Assembly (NCBI GenBank): GCA_973895155.1
Contig: OZ316891.1
Span: forward strand, 8,371,875 to 8,435,874
Source of the DNA: Marsupella aquatica
Taxonomy: Eukaryota > Plantae > Marchantiophyta
Direction: 5' to 3'
DNA: 64,000 nucleotides
The translations under genes were made by a program, and so were the position numbers. This document shows, in pieces, positions 11,291-25,590 of this stretch. The notes below the pieces were generated by a model, which saw nothing but the letters and a program-made list of their open reading frames with translations, searched no databases and was not told the origin of the DNA. The stretch's first letter is position 1; each line of letters opens with the position of its first letter.

Positions 11291-12532
11291 GTATCTATGC
11301 CGTGTGTCACCAAAAACCAGCCACGAAAGCCTCCGGGAAGAGAAGAGGATGCTGGATAGGAAGGTATCCATTCAAGGTACGTCTGCTGCTTCGGAGTGAG
11401 AAGATGATCATAGCATTGCTCTTGAATCTCAGATTGCAAATGCCGACTCTCAGATCATTTGGCGAGCTCCGTTGATGCAATCACTTTTAATTGGCACCAC
11501 GGTCCAATTTATTAGCAGAATGTGCGACGATGCGGGCTCCGTGTCCTCAGAATCCCGGACACAGCCCGGCCGAGCCCGAGCCTCCAACTGATATCGTGCT
11601 ATGATGAGACCAATAGAACCCGGCACCAGACAGTGCTGTTCAACTCAACCAACCATCCCTACTACTGTTCAGACCACCAAATTGAAATGGTTGCTTTCAG
11701 ACAGACGTGCGAAATGTATCAACCGATTCACCTGTGCTAGATAGTCTCTAGTGTATGACTGATTGCTCAGGTGCACGTGAATGATCTGCCCAACGACGTG
11801 TCCTTCAATTCAGAATATGACGTTGTCGGTTCAACATTTTAATTTCGAAACCAGATCAACACTGGCGGAAACATCGATCGTGAGATCAGTTTTTCAACAA
11901 CTTTCTGTAAATTGCAAACTTCCAATTTAATCGAGTCATATGATACACACTAAGCATACAAGTCAGCCAGTGAATTGACTGAACTTCATAGCTTAAACAC
12001 ATTCCTGTGGGGCGATGAAATATCCCTTTGACGGCAGTGCCTCACATCTTTGCATGTGTATTTGCGAATGTAGATCAACGGCGTTGGCTCCCAGCATGAC
12101 GTTGGATCTCGTCCTGATGAACACACGCCGAAATTCTCGACTCGTGCACACCTCGCTGGACCACGATCTGAAAGGTGATCTGCAGGCCTAAATCCTGACA
12201 TCTAGTAAAACACGATCTCCTTCAGCGGAGTTGACCTCAGAGATTTCTACTCTATAGAGTTCTCATAATTCTTTGTACCCTCAAAAGTTTTTTGGGGGTC
12301 TTTTATTGGGGGGTAGTTTAAAGAGAGTCAGAGTGTCACAACCTCATCAGTTAAGACCCTTGGTATCAGGTACAAGTTGCTCCCATCCCTTGGTTAGATA
12401 TGTAACCTTTTTACTCGGCCGTGGAGATATCCCATCTGTTGGTTAAAAATGTAACCTTTTTACTCGGCCGTGGAGATGACTCAACAGGGCTGCTGAGTTG
12501 AAAAAGTCACACAACAATATTAATCAAGTGGG

Positions 12533-12851
12533 CTTTGGGGCCAGGGGAGAGGTCCGAGGTTAAATCCCCCCTCTACATGCAACACATGCAAGGGGTGTGG
12601 AGGGTATGTGCGTGCATGTGTGTGTGTGTGTGTGTGGGGGTGTACTGGTGTGAGTCCTGGTTTCTCCTCAGCCCCAGCTGGCTTGCTTTTGGGCCGTAAT
12701 TCAACCCTCTCCCCCCTAGTCTGGGTCTTGTCGGATCCCTGGGTATAGTCCCCCCTTGTGGGTTACCCTACAGTGGTGCATACTCCAAAGTAGAATGTCT
12801 ATCCTGTGTTGGATGGGTCTACTTTTGGCTTTCAAGGAAAAATAAAAGACA
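12533..12851 (+). mobile_element. 5'-truncated tRNA-derived SINE (family A) with 11-bp TSD
   Basis: AATCAAGTGGG at 12522-12532 and 12852-12862 flanks a body homologous to 27743-28135 (aggtt(a/c)aatcccc..acatgcaaggggtgtg..gagggtatgtg..ctagtctggg..ctatcct..ttggatgggtct). The body ends in an A-rich tail. Confidence 0.8.
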
Positions 12852-12854
12852 AAT

Positions 12855-13375
12855 CAAGTGGGTTTTCCCAAGGAATTTGCTTGGTGGCACCCCAGTTAAA
12901 AACATTTGACTTAAAGGGACCCAGAAAGTAAAAAATAACTTGGTGGGACTCCAAAAATAGGTTATTCTAGGGGGAGAACACATAGGGAGGCCAGGAGGTA
13001 GGGCCCAGGCTCTCCCCAACCCTCACCCTCCCCTATGTCACCCTTGTCCCGTCCCTAAGTCCCTGTCATCTTGTAGATACAAGGTTCTCCCCTTCAAACC
13101 TATTTGGAGTTCCAACAAGTGATTTTTGACTCTTTGTGTCTGGCTGAATCAAATGTTTTCAGTCCGAGTCCCATCAAGCAAATTCCTTGGAATTTCCCCT
13201 GTAAGTTTGCATTTGAGAGGGCTGCTGAGTGGAGATTTGGAAGTGGATGTTTTGCCATCAAATTTTGTTATGTTTTCAGTGGGGTTCATCAAGCAAATTC
13301 CTTGGAAATCCCCTGTAAGTTTTCATTTGAGAGGGCCACTGAGTGAAAAGTGGAAGTGGATGTTTTGCCATGAAT
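12855..13375. mobile_element. Long inverted repeat (foldback/MULE-like relic) with an internal ~115-bp tandem duplication
   Basis: 12855-12979 is a diverged reverse complement of 13083-13200. 13172-13286 is repeated at 13287-13372. Confidence 0.6.
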
Positions 13376-14550
13376 AGTCGTTTGGAGAGTCACTGATTTG
13401 AAAAAGTGATTCAGCAAGATGTGCCGAGTGGAAATTTCCAACTTGGCAGGGCTGTCAAGTGGAAAAGTGAACCCTGCTAGTAATCACAAATCAAATTGTG
13501 ATAATATATGGTGTGCACTCATTGATTTAAGTACAATAACGAGGTTCATCATGGCATGGAGGGATGTCATACACCATATGTGTCATATTTCAAAAAGTGA
13601 ATTAGCAAGATAAGCCGAGTTGAAACTTTCCAACTTGATGAGGGGACAAGAGAGATTGAATAGTGATGGGTGACCAACCTCAGCTTCAGGTCACAAATTC
13701 TACAGTAGGCCAATAATCCCTTCCCCTTCCTTCCTCCTTCCAATTGCTTTTCATTCTATAGTTCTCAGCTCCTTCCCTTCCTCCCTAGCCACTTTTATAA
13801 TTTTTTAACGTCTGGGACAAGTAGCCATAGTTGGGGACCCTAAAACATTGGCTTCCCTAAGCGAGTGTGGCAAGGTGATGGAACCATCTCTCGGGAGGGT
13901 GGTGATCTCTTGCCCTCCGGAGGTCTGTTTTTGGCAAGGAAGAGTTTTCATAACAAATACTGGATGGTGACTATATATCACTCTGCCAAAGACAAAAACT
14001 GCCAAAGTGGCGATACATGGTCCCAATGCCAACGAAAAACAAGTGCCAAAGTAGGGATACAGGTCCAAATGGCAGGATACCCAATGAAAGAAAGAGAACA
14101 CCAAAAAAACCCAAAGAGCCAGAAAGCCTGAGAGTTCCTCTCCCCTCCCTAAGGCTTTTGGCTCTTTTTGGGTAAGGAAACAAAGTCGAGGATAGATAAG
14201 TTCTAACATGAAGTGAAGTTGATGACTAATTAAGCTACAAATCGAACCAATGAATAGAGAAGTGGCACCACTGCTATATACAAATTACAGGCCACCGTCT
14301 AATTGCAGCAAAGTACTATACTACCTAGCACGACTTCAAAAGGGCCATGACTGTTTGGGATTAAAATTCAAATGTTAGTTCAGCTTCCTACGACATGCTG
14401 TACCCGGAATTTCTTTCAGTGCTCTGAAGGGAATATTCATCAGATCAAAGTCAACCTGTCACCAAGAAGCCTTGAGACCGTGTATCCAATTTTGTAATCT
14501 GGGACCCCTCATGAGTGAAGTTAGTCGTGGACTTTCCTCGGTTTTCATTT

Positions 14551-17214
14551 TTACGAAATGGAGAGCTTATAGAACTTCTGCACTAAGCTGGCCGACGATC
14601 TTAAATGACTCTGTTCTAACCTCGGGTAGGCCCATGATCTTGATAAACCGTAGCGCTGCCTTAAATCTTCATCAGCATCACTGTCACTGCTCGACGAGGA
14701 GCTTGACATAGAGAATTCACTTAAGAGAAAGTCGAGTACCTGCATCAATTCAATCAAATCCGATTACAGCGAGTGTGAAGTAGATGGTCTATCTATCATG
14801 AGTCGGCCCTCTTTGTCATTCACATTAAAAATGTTCATCCAGAAATTTCAGTGTCGAGTACAAGAGTTCACAAACATCACCTTTCCAACAGGTACAGGTG
14901 TGGCAGTGTATTGTTGATGCTTGCAGTTTCTCCTCTTATTTTGTAATCCGGGAGGTTCAGAGAGCCAATAGAATGCTTTGCAACCCATGCACAATACACG
15001 GTTTGATACACTAATTCGCTCGAGATGCCCTGTGCATAATCAGTACAACATTGAACTAAATTTGTCAAAGACATGTCTGCACGCCTAGGGTACAAAGACA
15101 CCACAGTAAGTTTGAAAGAAAGGGCCTCTATCATGTATGCGTCGTCTAGTAAGCTTTGATTACGACTTCAGTGAAAAATAGTGACTAAGAACCTGGTCGG
15201 AAAAGTCTCCACGCCAAAGCCTTTCGCCAAAAACCGGGACTTTCGTAGCTTGTCCCTACAACATTCTGAATTTGGTCCGATCCTCGACATCTAGACACTG
15301 AATTTAAATTCGTGGACTCCCGGTCGAAATTTGGGCCATCAAACATAGAGAAGAAATGAGAACACCAAAGCCCGTCATCGTTTGCAGCTTCATTCCAACT
15401 TCTGAGGAACACAAAAGAACCGTTAGATGCGATGTACACGACTACAGCCAGAAAATTCACATCAAATGTATAGCCAAGTGAATATTGACAGCCATGGATA
15501 CTTCGAGTCAATCTTACCTACACACAGCAGAAGAGATGGCTAACGATCGAGGGTCTAGAGAACGAAATATCTGCAGCAGCAGATCTGTCGAAAGATGCAC
15601 GTACTCTGGCAGTAGACATGAAAAATACTCGACTTAGATCAAAGTTCAACGTCAAATCAGAATCCACCTCAAGTGATTCCCATTGTCATTCCCATGCAAA
15701 ATTCCATCTGTACTGAAAAGATGGACCAAGGGTAGTAGTATGCACAGAATTAACCGAGTCCGAACGAGACTTTGACAATTTCTTTTACAATTCCAGACCT
15801 TTTCTCTGGACGAATTTTCACAATTAAGTAAAATGAAGGGAATTGAGCTTGAGGCTGATGGACTCTCAAGCACAACTGTGATGGGAGGGACAGTCAGTAA
15901 CCTTTGAGATATCCCAATAGGAGAAATAGCCAGTGAACTTCGATAATCAGAAACGGGGTATTACACTCACCAGCAGACTTCTCACATTCCTGATGCTTTG
16001 CCCTGCGATGCTGTGCAACCGCGGCCTGTTTATACTCACTCACGGCTGATATTCTTCTCTTCTTGGGAAAAGCGACTTCCACTGCCTGCAAAAGCAGTTC
16101 TGCAGCTGAAAGCTGTTGAACAGTGTCCATCCTGAGTTTTCAAACATGGGAAAGTACTTTGAATGTTAAGCCCAATTCAAACGAACCTAAAACCATCACC
16201 ACGTACTTGTTATTGTGGAGGAACAAACCAATCTCCACACGTTGTAACGTCCAGTTTTAAGGCACGTTCCAATGACGGTCCTATTCTATATGCAATTGTC
16301 GGAGTCACTCGAACCCCATTTTTAGGGCTCCAAACTTCGTTATTCTAAGATCTATGCAATAATTTTCGAGGCCACTGCCTAGTCCACTGAGTCTTCCGCA
16401 TGGCAGATAGATTGGAGAATTTGCAAATGACTTCTACACCTGGTCAAGCCCACCAGCTGTTCAAACATCAAACAGAAGATTCCATGTGAAGAATTACTTA
16501 CTCAGGAAGCAATCGAAATGCAGAAAGAACATCCTGGTAAATTGTAAGTTGAACGGCCTTGGGTGCCTTGACATATAACCTTCGCACGATGCACGCCAGT
16601 TCCTTGCATGCTTGCGAATAATCACACCTGCAACAGAATAGTACTTTGACATTTCAGAACCAATCGCCTACTTTTGCAGCTACCCGATCGATGCCAACCC
16701 CATGGATAAGAAGTACAAGTTTTGGGATCGAACTGAGATTACGGTTTCGGGATTGTTCCAGAAAAATCCTACTTCTGCCAAAATCTAGACGTTAGGTTTA
16801 GGCTATGCATTATTCCAGAAGAACCCTAATTCCTCCACGCCTTTTCACCCCATTTGACATTCTTGAGGTTGTGGTTACCAAGGCCACTGAGGCACATGAG
16901 TTGCACACGCTATCCAGCTCTAAACGGGCCAACATTACTCGTAGGCGGGGTCACCAGAATTATGAGGATGAGCAATCTAATCCAACATCAGACACACACG
17001 AAATCCACGATTCAAGGTCAGAATCCTATAAACCGATACAAACAACACAATCCAATCGATAAATTGGCAGAGGAGACGTCAAAGCGAGAATTGCAGCAAT
17101 TTCAGGGCGGGGAGGGGAATTAAGTAAAAACCTGCGAGACAGAGCGGCGTTTATGTGCAGCTGGGCGTAAAGGTGCTCCATGGGAACGATCTCATCCTCA
17201 TACTCATCCGCCAT
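14551..17214 (-). CDS. F-box protein, At5g52880-like, 7 exons, 334 aa
   Basis: Exons 17214-17132, 16627-16502, 16131-15971, 15605-15518, 15401-15193, 15029-14881 and 14739-14551. All introns are GT..AG and phase-compatible; total 1005 nt. Protein has YSQACKELACIVRRLYVKAPKAVQLTIYQDVLSAFRLLPE, LSAAELLLQAVEVAFPKKRR, the F-box LSTDLLLQIFRSLDPRSLAISSAVCRSWNEAANDDGLW, SNRVLCMGC and Ser-rich SSSSDSD..SRSWAYP. Family assignment is from recall. Confidence 0.9.
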
Positions 17215-17616
17215 ACGTAAGGTACACACGCAAAACTTGCAGGGTGCGTGCCGAGAGTAGTACCGGTGCTCCATCAATACTCTGGGGCCGAGGCAAGAAG
17301 CAAAACACCCATTGAGGACACCCCAATTACCAGCAGCACCGGTCCTTCCTTCTCTGTGCGGTTCCCGCTTCCACTTCGATAATTAACCGGCCCTTTCTAT
17401 GATTGAGCTTGCACCGCCCTCCCCGAGGTGGGTGTTGGAGATCTGCTTGCCTTCGATTCTGCTCGATGCGATGTCAATTGCTTGGAACTGGTCTGTACTC
17501 TCTCCGACCCAGCAAAGTAGTCAGTGGCCCAAAATCTCACCTCCCGTCCTCGTGGCACAATTCTATGATGACCAATTTCTTGGCTTCAAGCTATGTTACA
17601 TGCCTTGAGTTACAAA

Positions 17617-17755
17617 TCAGGGGTCTAGACCCGGTCACCTGTCACTCCGGACACCCGGTCATCCCGACTGCCCTGTCACTCCGGACACCCGGTCATCCCG
17701 ACTGCCCGACTGCCCTGTCACTCCGGACACCCGGTCATCCCGACTGCCCGGTCCC
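17617..17755. repeat. GC-rich ~33-bp tandem repeat, 3 copies; possibly a DNA-transposon subterminus
   Basis: cctgtcactccggacacccggtcatcccgactgc three times, preceded by CAGGGGTCTAGAC. No partner TIR was found. Confidence 0.8.
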
Positions 17756-20700
17756 GCTCTGCACTCCCAGCCCCGACCCCAAACCTTGGGACTGGCTCGC
17801 TAAACCGGGGGAGTTCAGGGGAGCCCAGGACCGGGCCGGGAAGGGGTTCAGGAGAATTCAGGATTGCCCAGGGAATGAAGAGGAATATGTGTCATTTGGC
17901 CCCTTTTGGAGCCGCAATGTGATGAGTTTATGTGTCAGGCAACACATAAACTTGCCCCTCAGCTCAAACCCGGGTACAAAAAGTCTTACCTCCCTCACAA
18001 TGTCCTCTGCACCTGTGACTTCTTTTTAGCATAGCAAGCTAGAACCTTTTTTTTTTTAGCATAGCAAACTAAAGCCCACATTTTTAGCAGAGCAAACTAC
18101 TGTAGAGCCACATTGCCAAAAACAAAGTCACAGGAAGTCAATCCTGTTGGAAAGTAATTGTTAGTGTACTAGCGTGATTATCACAAGGAGAAAAAAACCT
18201 AGGTGACAAAAAAAGACAAAAGTATTTTATGCTATTTCCTGTATTTGCACCATCACTTTGAGTTATGCCTTCTAGAGGCTGCACTGGCTGAACTCTTTAG
18301 GAGTAACTTTCCATTGCGCTTCATTAATTAGATTTGCCTTCTAATAGTCACTCTCTAGAGGCTTCACTCTACAGTCGGAGTAGCTTTAGATTACGCTTTA
18401 TTAATTAGATTGATAGTCAAGATTTGGATAGGACAGAATACTAAATTTTTGTTCAAATCTTATTTGTAGAACGTGTATCCCAAGCTAGAGTTGTGGATCG
18501 CAAACTAGAGTTGGGGTGTAGGCTTCTAGAAGGAATACTCTAGACCATAACTCTATGGCCCTCACCATGTGGATGGAAAGACTTTTGGGTATGATGTATC
18601 ACGATGCTTTTGTGATACAAAATATGGGCATTCAGGCTCGTCGTACTAACAATATAAATAGTGTGTTAGCACCCTGTTAAAAGGCATTATGGGCAATCAT
18701 AGCCCCTTAAAACTTGAACCACAGCTTTCGTATCTCAGGGAGTGCTGGCCCACAATGCCCACAACACCCCAACTCTAGAACAGGATTATGTGTTATCATT
18801 CAAGTTGTGGGCACAACAAGGATGGTGACCGCCAATTTGGCCAGGTTTTCAGGGCATCAGAGAGAATATCCCAGCCCTGCCAAACTTGGTCGACCCATGC
18901 TCTTGCGCCAGCTGTTCACATCTGAATGGGTGTGCTTGTTCCCTTGCTGGACACCAAGAGCACATTCTGAGTATTTTTGCAAGGCACTGGTGCAAAGGCA
19001 AGATTTGGTTGCCAGCACAGAATATCACAGCATGCGTTCACATCAGTCAGCAAAATTTCTGGATGGCAAAACCATTGGGGATGCTCCTACGCTCTTTATT
19101 TCCACTTGGAGAGGTTTCTTACCCAATTTAATATCTTTAGAACCTGGCTAGGCTCAACACTCTTTTAGAGCACCACAACTTTTTATCCGGAATAGATTTG
19201 TCTGGCCCACCCCACTCACACTCCAGACCAATTATGCCCCACACCTAGTGGGAGACTTTTTCTTGTTCTTGGGGTGGGGAATTGGGAACTAAATTAAATC
19301 CAGACACAACAGCCCAGAAAAACATTATATGGGGTAAAATGCTGTGGAAAATGTGTTTTTCCAATTAAAATATGTTGGGTACACATGTTTTGGCTAGTGG
19401 CAGCAAAGTAGGGGAATAACAAATTTGCTAACAAAAATAAGGTGGCCATTTGCGATTGTTGGAAAGCAATTTAAATGAACTTTCACAAGTGAACACAGCA
19501 AACTAGGTTACTACTACCCATGGAACTCTCTGGCAGACACAAATCAATGGAGACAATAGGGCATCTCAAAGCTTCATAGTTACTGATGTAGACTACAGCT
19601 TTTTCACTTGGTAGAGTATTCTTCATGTGTGTAACCGTAACTTCTTCATGTGTGGAACCTTAACTTAGTAGTTAAGGTCCATCAAGTTTTGAAGTTTTAG
19701 ACCCTCTAATCAAACATTGATTAGGAAAACCCTCATGGGCAAAATACAGACTCCGGTTTTACCTCTGGCCCACAAAGACAGCTTTTTACTGGGGTGGCGC
19801 AAATCACAGCAGCTGCTTTATGTAGGCTTTAGCACTCGTGCAAAGTGGAAGTGCAGCACTGGACGCTTCCAGTGTCTTGTCAATCACTCATCCACTCCTC
19901 CTTTTGCAGGAGGTGCTGAATCATAGATCTAGCTTGTGGTCCAATCCTGGCTTCTTATTCCGCTTTGCGATTGAGCTTCTTCAGACTGAGCATCTCATCC
20001 CTTTCTGAAAAGCCTCACGTTAATTGGGTGTTGACTGAAATCCGGGCTGAAACCATTAATTCAAGCTCAAAATAGGCTGTCAAAGGCTATCTGAAACTTT
20101 CATGCGATGGCACTGGCAGGTTTCTTTTGGCTACTGGTTTTGGGCTAATTATATACAATTGATTCGATTCGTTGCTGGACTTCCGTGAAGCTGATTTCTA
20201 GTGTGGAAAGAAACGATCTAGTAAGGGGTTGGGACTGAGTTTCGTCTGACCTTGATTTCTACTTATTAAGCTCATCGAAGGTGTTGTGGTACAGACTGGA
20301 TAGTTACACCTCATAATAATCCAACGCACTAACTTTTGGAGATGCCGTTATGGCAAGTATGTTCAGTTCTACCAGCTGATTCGAACAAAATTCGGAGCAT
20401 GCTCCTGTTCGCATCATCGGCATGATGGTTCTCGTGTCTCAATGCCATGTGTTGCTATGTGTCTGGCCATCCTGTGATAACTATGCCCACTGGATTGAGG
20501 TACAGTCTGTCAACTCTCCCTACACAATATTCTCATTCATTCATGTCGCGTGATAGAGAATCGTGTGACTGTACAGTAGTACGCACAGCAATGCCTGAAG
20601 ACGTCAGGAGTAAAAGCCATGGAAAATTCTGAATGATGTGCCTAAACATATTTTCGTTCACACTGCTGTCCTTGTTTCTACAATGCTTCAAGCTCACAAA

Positions 20701-22816
20701 TTTCGCTCAAACATGAGCACTCACGAGCATCGAAGGAGAATTCAATGTGCTGAGCAATGCACAATCTTTTGGTCTCAGAACACAATGACCCCTGTCAAAG
20801 GCTCAATTCCCATTCTCTGACGGACGGTGGGTATCTCGACGACGCCAGCCAATCGCTGGTCGTACCTGAAGGCAATCCTGCTCTGCCTGCTCACCCTTTG
20901 ATTGCAGGCTGTACGAATTATGATCTTTCTTTGCGTCCAAATGAATCCTGCTAATCTATTGTAGCAGCTTTCAAGCAAATCAACTTATCAATCATATGAA
21001 TTATGGGTATCTCCGCAACAGAACAATAACCAAACATGGACATCTGGACGCTTCGATACCTTCCTGCTGGGTATCTAAACAGAATTGCGAAGCATTCAAT
21101 AATTTGATTGGTTTCCCAGTGACCGTCTACAATTTCTCAAGTCGTTGCTAGAGTGGCACAGAAATTGGTAGAGATCCAAATTTCGATACCTTGAAGAGCA
21201 CACACAAATTGTCGAGCTAACACTTCGCTGCCGCTTGATCCCATAATGAAGACCAAGACATGCGGGAAACCATCGTGTGTACTTGCTATGTGACTGAATT
21301 CTTCAGAAATCAAACAAAAATGGACAGTATTCCGAGGGGACAAATCTCTGACTGGACAAACGACCAAGAGGATCCAACGAATAAGGACCAGGCTCAAAGA
21401 AGGAAAATGAAAGACTAACTGGATCTACCGAGACTCTGTCGAGCTTTCAAACAAGAGCTCCAGGTCAGAAAGCTAGGTGAGAAAGAGCACATGAAGGACT
21501 GAGTGACTTCTCCGACAGAAGCACTCATCGGGATGGGACTGAGTGTTCTAATCCTGATGCCATAGGTATCATAGACAATAAATACAACGCAGGGAAGCGA
21601 TCGAGTAAAGACACTAATCCCCCGGAAGAATTGAGAGGACTGAATGGATCGATCAATTGGTAGCAGTGGATTTCTAGGGGCCTGGCAAATATTTCATTTC
21701 GTCCCTCAGGACAAGGCCCAGAGTAATACATGACTAAAACGTCAGATAGGGAGACCAATTGCCGCACACTCCTTTACTCCAATCAATCGGGAGGAAGTTC
21801 TAAATCTCAAAGTTGAAACCTTGGACGGATGAAACGAGAGTGTAAGTGCGCGCCTTCGATTCCAGCATTCCGAGGACCCTCGTTTGCACGTTTACACAAC
21901 AGTGGTTAACCAAGAGGGGAAGTGAAAGAGCTCCAAAACATTTGATGCTCCTAGAACAACCAGGAACAACAAGACGAGTTTGTTTTGAAAGACTAGAGCG
22001 CTGTCTCCAACAAAAGAACACAGATATATCCTACGAGATCTGCAGAAGAATGAATAATTATTGAAGTGGGCAATGATGATTCCATGGCCAGCCAGTCAGC
22101 CCATATATAACAGATGTGGTCCTATGAAGAGCTATCTGTCTCTGCTGAGTACATCACAGCATTTTTTTCTTAAAGTACAATAACCCTGAACTGCTCCTTG
22201 CTCTGGATCAACAAATAATGGCTACTATAAACAAATGAGACTACAGCAAGAGCTAGCTAAGAAGCACACGAATGAGTGAGAGACGCAATTGCAATCTAAA
22301 TTTACCATCCTCGAAAGCTACAACATATCAATCAATCACATGTGGCAATCAGTAAGGGCTCTCTGCCTCTTTATCTCCCTTTCTGATCCACTCTCTAATT
22401 TCTATCTCGTGTACACAGCAGACTGCACGTTGAGCTAGGCAGCACCTTTGTTCGAGTTTTATGTGTTTTACATTCCTGGAACCCACCAAACAATCGTCGT
22501 CTCAAACTGAAGATTGACCATGTGGCCAAGCCTGCTGACTGGTTAATAAATAACGACCGATCTCCTTGCTTCTCAGCTTAGTTATTGGCCCTGAGATGAG
22601 ACCCTGCCCCAAAACAACTGGTAGCGACTCCATAAATCTTCTCACACAGAGCTTAGTTCCATCGGTCGACATAGATAGCCATGCCAGTAAATTTTTCCAT
22701 ACGGCAATTCACTCCTCGTCCCATTGCATCGATCATCAATTCATGAATAGCTCGTCCAGAAGGATTAGTTACAGTAGTTACACGGGTGCTGCTGCATCAT
22801 GCTGTGTGCCACATAC

Positions 22817-22999
22817 TCAGGCCGTGGTCTCTGTCGGAGGTGCCTCGACCGGCGGCGTCTCCATAACAGGCTCTGAAGGCTCGGCTGGAGGTGGTGCCTC
22901 AGCTGCTGGTTCAGCAGTGGGAGCTGCAACCTCTGGGGCAGTAGTCTCTTCCGTTGTGGTGGCCGCAGGCTCCTTGTCCTTGCTCTGAAAACACCCCAT
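22817..22999 (-). CDS. 60-aa acidic Ala/Glu/Pro/Thr-rich peptide with a predicted N-myristoylation/S-acylation start
   Basis: ATG at 22999 gives MGCFQSKDKEPAATTTEETTAPEVAAPTAEPAAEAPPPAEPSEPVMETPPVEAPPTETTA. G2, C3, S6 and K7 fit the dual-acylation consensus; composition is coding-like. Confidence 0.8.
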   Translation of the reverse strand: MGCFQSKDKEPAATTTEETTAPEVAAPTAEPAAEAPPPAEPSEPVMETPPVEAPPTETTA

Positions 23000-25590
23000 T
23001 CTACTTTCTTTGCTTAAAAGTCTTTCGTTCTCCGAATTGATACCCGTCCCACCCAACGAACTGCTCGTAGCCTCTGTCAGCTGCTCTCCTTCTACCGGTT
23101 AAAGGTTGAACAATTGCACTCTTCACTGCATGCGGGAGCAGCGATTCAGTATTCTACGATAGGAGATTCCTCGACCAATCCACAGCAGCAGTTGAGGACT
23201 ATAGTTGCTCAGCGGAGGTGCGACCCTTGGGAACCAGAGGTGGACGAGTAAGTGAGCGAGTGAATGAATGAATGAATGAGTGGGGAATTCGAGCAGGAAG
23301 CTAAAGTTGAAGGCTTTGCTACTATAGAGGGCGTGCGGGTTGCTTGCTCGCTTAGGTTGCTTGTCAGTTGGCAACCCGGTTGCTTGTTTGCTTTGGAACT
23401 GGTTGCTTATGATAGAGTGAAACGGGATATAAATTAAAAGCAAAAAGCTGTTTGGCTGCTCCTTGGCTGCTCCTTGGCTGCCGTGGGCTACTGACTGTCC
23501 CTGCTGCAGGCAGGCCTTGGAGATTTGAGTCGATCCAGCAACGGTTTGGCAGGCGGAGAGGCAGCGAGTCTGGGCCTGGCAGGGAATTGTCCTTGTCCTG
23601 CCTGGCTGCCTGTCTAGCTGCCTGCCTGCTGGGACAACTCAGGCTGCTGCACATGACCAGCAAAGGGAGCGCAGATCGCTGTTGCTGCAACACACGAAAC
23701 TCTCCCGATTCAGCCCCAGCTCACCCCTGAGCCATCTTCATAACTTTGTAGTTAGTGAGTGGCAGAAACTCACTAACTTCAGTCTCCTCCATATTTATCT
23801 CCGCTGAATTATCGAACTTTGTAAAGCTCCCCGCTATGTTACGCTTCCGGAGATTCTTGCTTTAGAGAATTCTTCATGATTAGCGTGTGGTCTACCTACA
23901 CACTGTCTACAGTCCTTCTGAGTCGTCTCGTAGACAAGGGAATTGTACGAATTAGTTGACAATCGCAGTTAGATATTAGTACTTGAAACTGTTCTCGAAA
24001 AGCTTGATTCTCATGACCCCGATCATCGATATCCACAAGACGGGAATGCGAATCATCTTTTCAATCGCAGTTGTTGAGTGGTTATAGGAATTTGGATTTC
24101 TTCTCGAATGTTAGATTGATTGGAATGATGATTGAGGTTGGTCAACTACGCTAATCAGGAGTCGGTTCTGCAGCGGTCCCGGTCCGGAGCTTGGCAGAAA
24201 CATCGGATCTCCAAGCCAGAAACATCGGATCCACCGGTACTCAAGGCCAACGTCCTAATCATAAACCCAGTGGCCAACCAAGCAGCTACAGTCGTAAGCT
24301 AGCCGAAAACCCAGTCCCAGAAAAGCCAAAGCAGGTCTACAGGAGTCAGGACCGACGGAGCTGAAGCCGAACTTTGCAGCTCCAACACAGAAAGAAAGAA
24401 ATTAACGGCAGGCCTGATTTAAGGACGGAGTAGGCTGAGAGAAGAGCGGAACTGCGCAAAGCAACTTGCGAGCTGATACCTACCTTAGTTATTGACTACG
24501 CAGCTTAGCTCTGATTTTTGGAGAGTGCGACAGTGGCCAGGCTGCCAAAGCTATGATCCTTGCTAGCTAGCGAGAAAAAGGGAAAAGCCACATCTGCAGC
24601 ACATCTGCTGATCTCATCTCCCTGTACTCTATTCGTTGCGCTGCTGTGGGGGCCCGCCCACACATGCTAGCTGGCTTTCTGGCTGGAATCAACAAACAAT
24701 CTTACCCGCACACGCATCCAGACTGAAGAATCTCGATCTCTAGCTAGCCACCTCTCGCTCGCTTTCATTCTTTCTCGTACCTCTCGGCTCTCGATCAGCT
24801 GGGTTTCTACAAAAATAGTACAGTACACTGGGCTTCAAGCAACTTGCTTCAAAACCCGGAGCCCCTTAGTTTGCTTGTTGCTTGTTGCGCAACAAGCACG
24901 CCATTTTCTTTCTTACTGCCATAAGACTTTCCATCAGATTTTCCATCAGATTCCTACTGTAGCATCCCTGAAATCCGTTCAAGAGTTTTCTTTTGTATTT
25001 TTTTTATGAACTTTATGGAATGGAACGCTCATGAGAAACCCTGCAAGTGCAATTTGAAATAGTTAATCTGAAATAGTTTGCCGGGCTCTTCAGTTTGCCA
25101 ACAGGCAAGCTTTGGGGTTTAAGTTTTTGTGTCCCTAGGTTTTGGCTTTGGGCTTCAGTGATGCGTCTCACTGGTGGCCCCTTTTGTTTTAATTTGGCTG
25201 TTTCAAATGTAATTTACTCTTGTGTGTTATTTACTCTTGGGTTTAGAGTTACAACTATATAGTAAGTTATAGTTTGACTAAACTTAGTTGCATACTTGAT
25301 TAGGATAGTTGGATTGACACTCTATATACACATTCAAACATATTTTCTTGTTAATAAGAACTCAGACTCAATGTTATGGAGCCAATTGAGCTCAGAGAGT
25401 TTGTGTTATAAAGTTTGGTATGACAGACTGGCCTAGGGTGCATTAAAACACTTGTGTGTTCCCATGGACATAGTTCCATCTAAGGTGAATTAAATATCTC
25501 TATTTCAATTACTTGTTCATTGGATAATCATGGACATATTGTTGTGAATATTATATTTTCTCAACATTGTTGAGGACTCTTTGACCTTTT

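Noticed and set aside
12361-12370. TGGTATCAG as an LTR primer-binding site
   Set aside because: Not preceded by CA, diverges from TGGTATCAGAGC, and no LTR pair is visible.
13805-14209. T/G-rich tracts (also ~7160-7370 and ~25690-25880) resembling retroelement 3' UTRs
   Set aside because: Similar composition but no reliable alignment, TSD or RT sequence.
17403-18029. 208-aa ORF
   Set aside because: TTG start, kept open by a GC-rich tandem repeat, and no recognisable domain.
22566-22988. 140-aa plus-strand ORF
   Set aside because: Antisense shadow of the acidic peptide gene.
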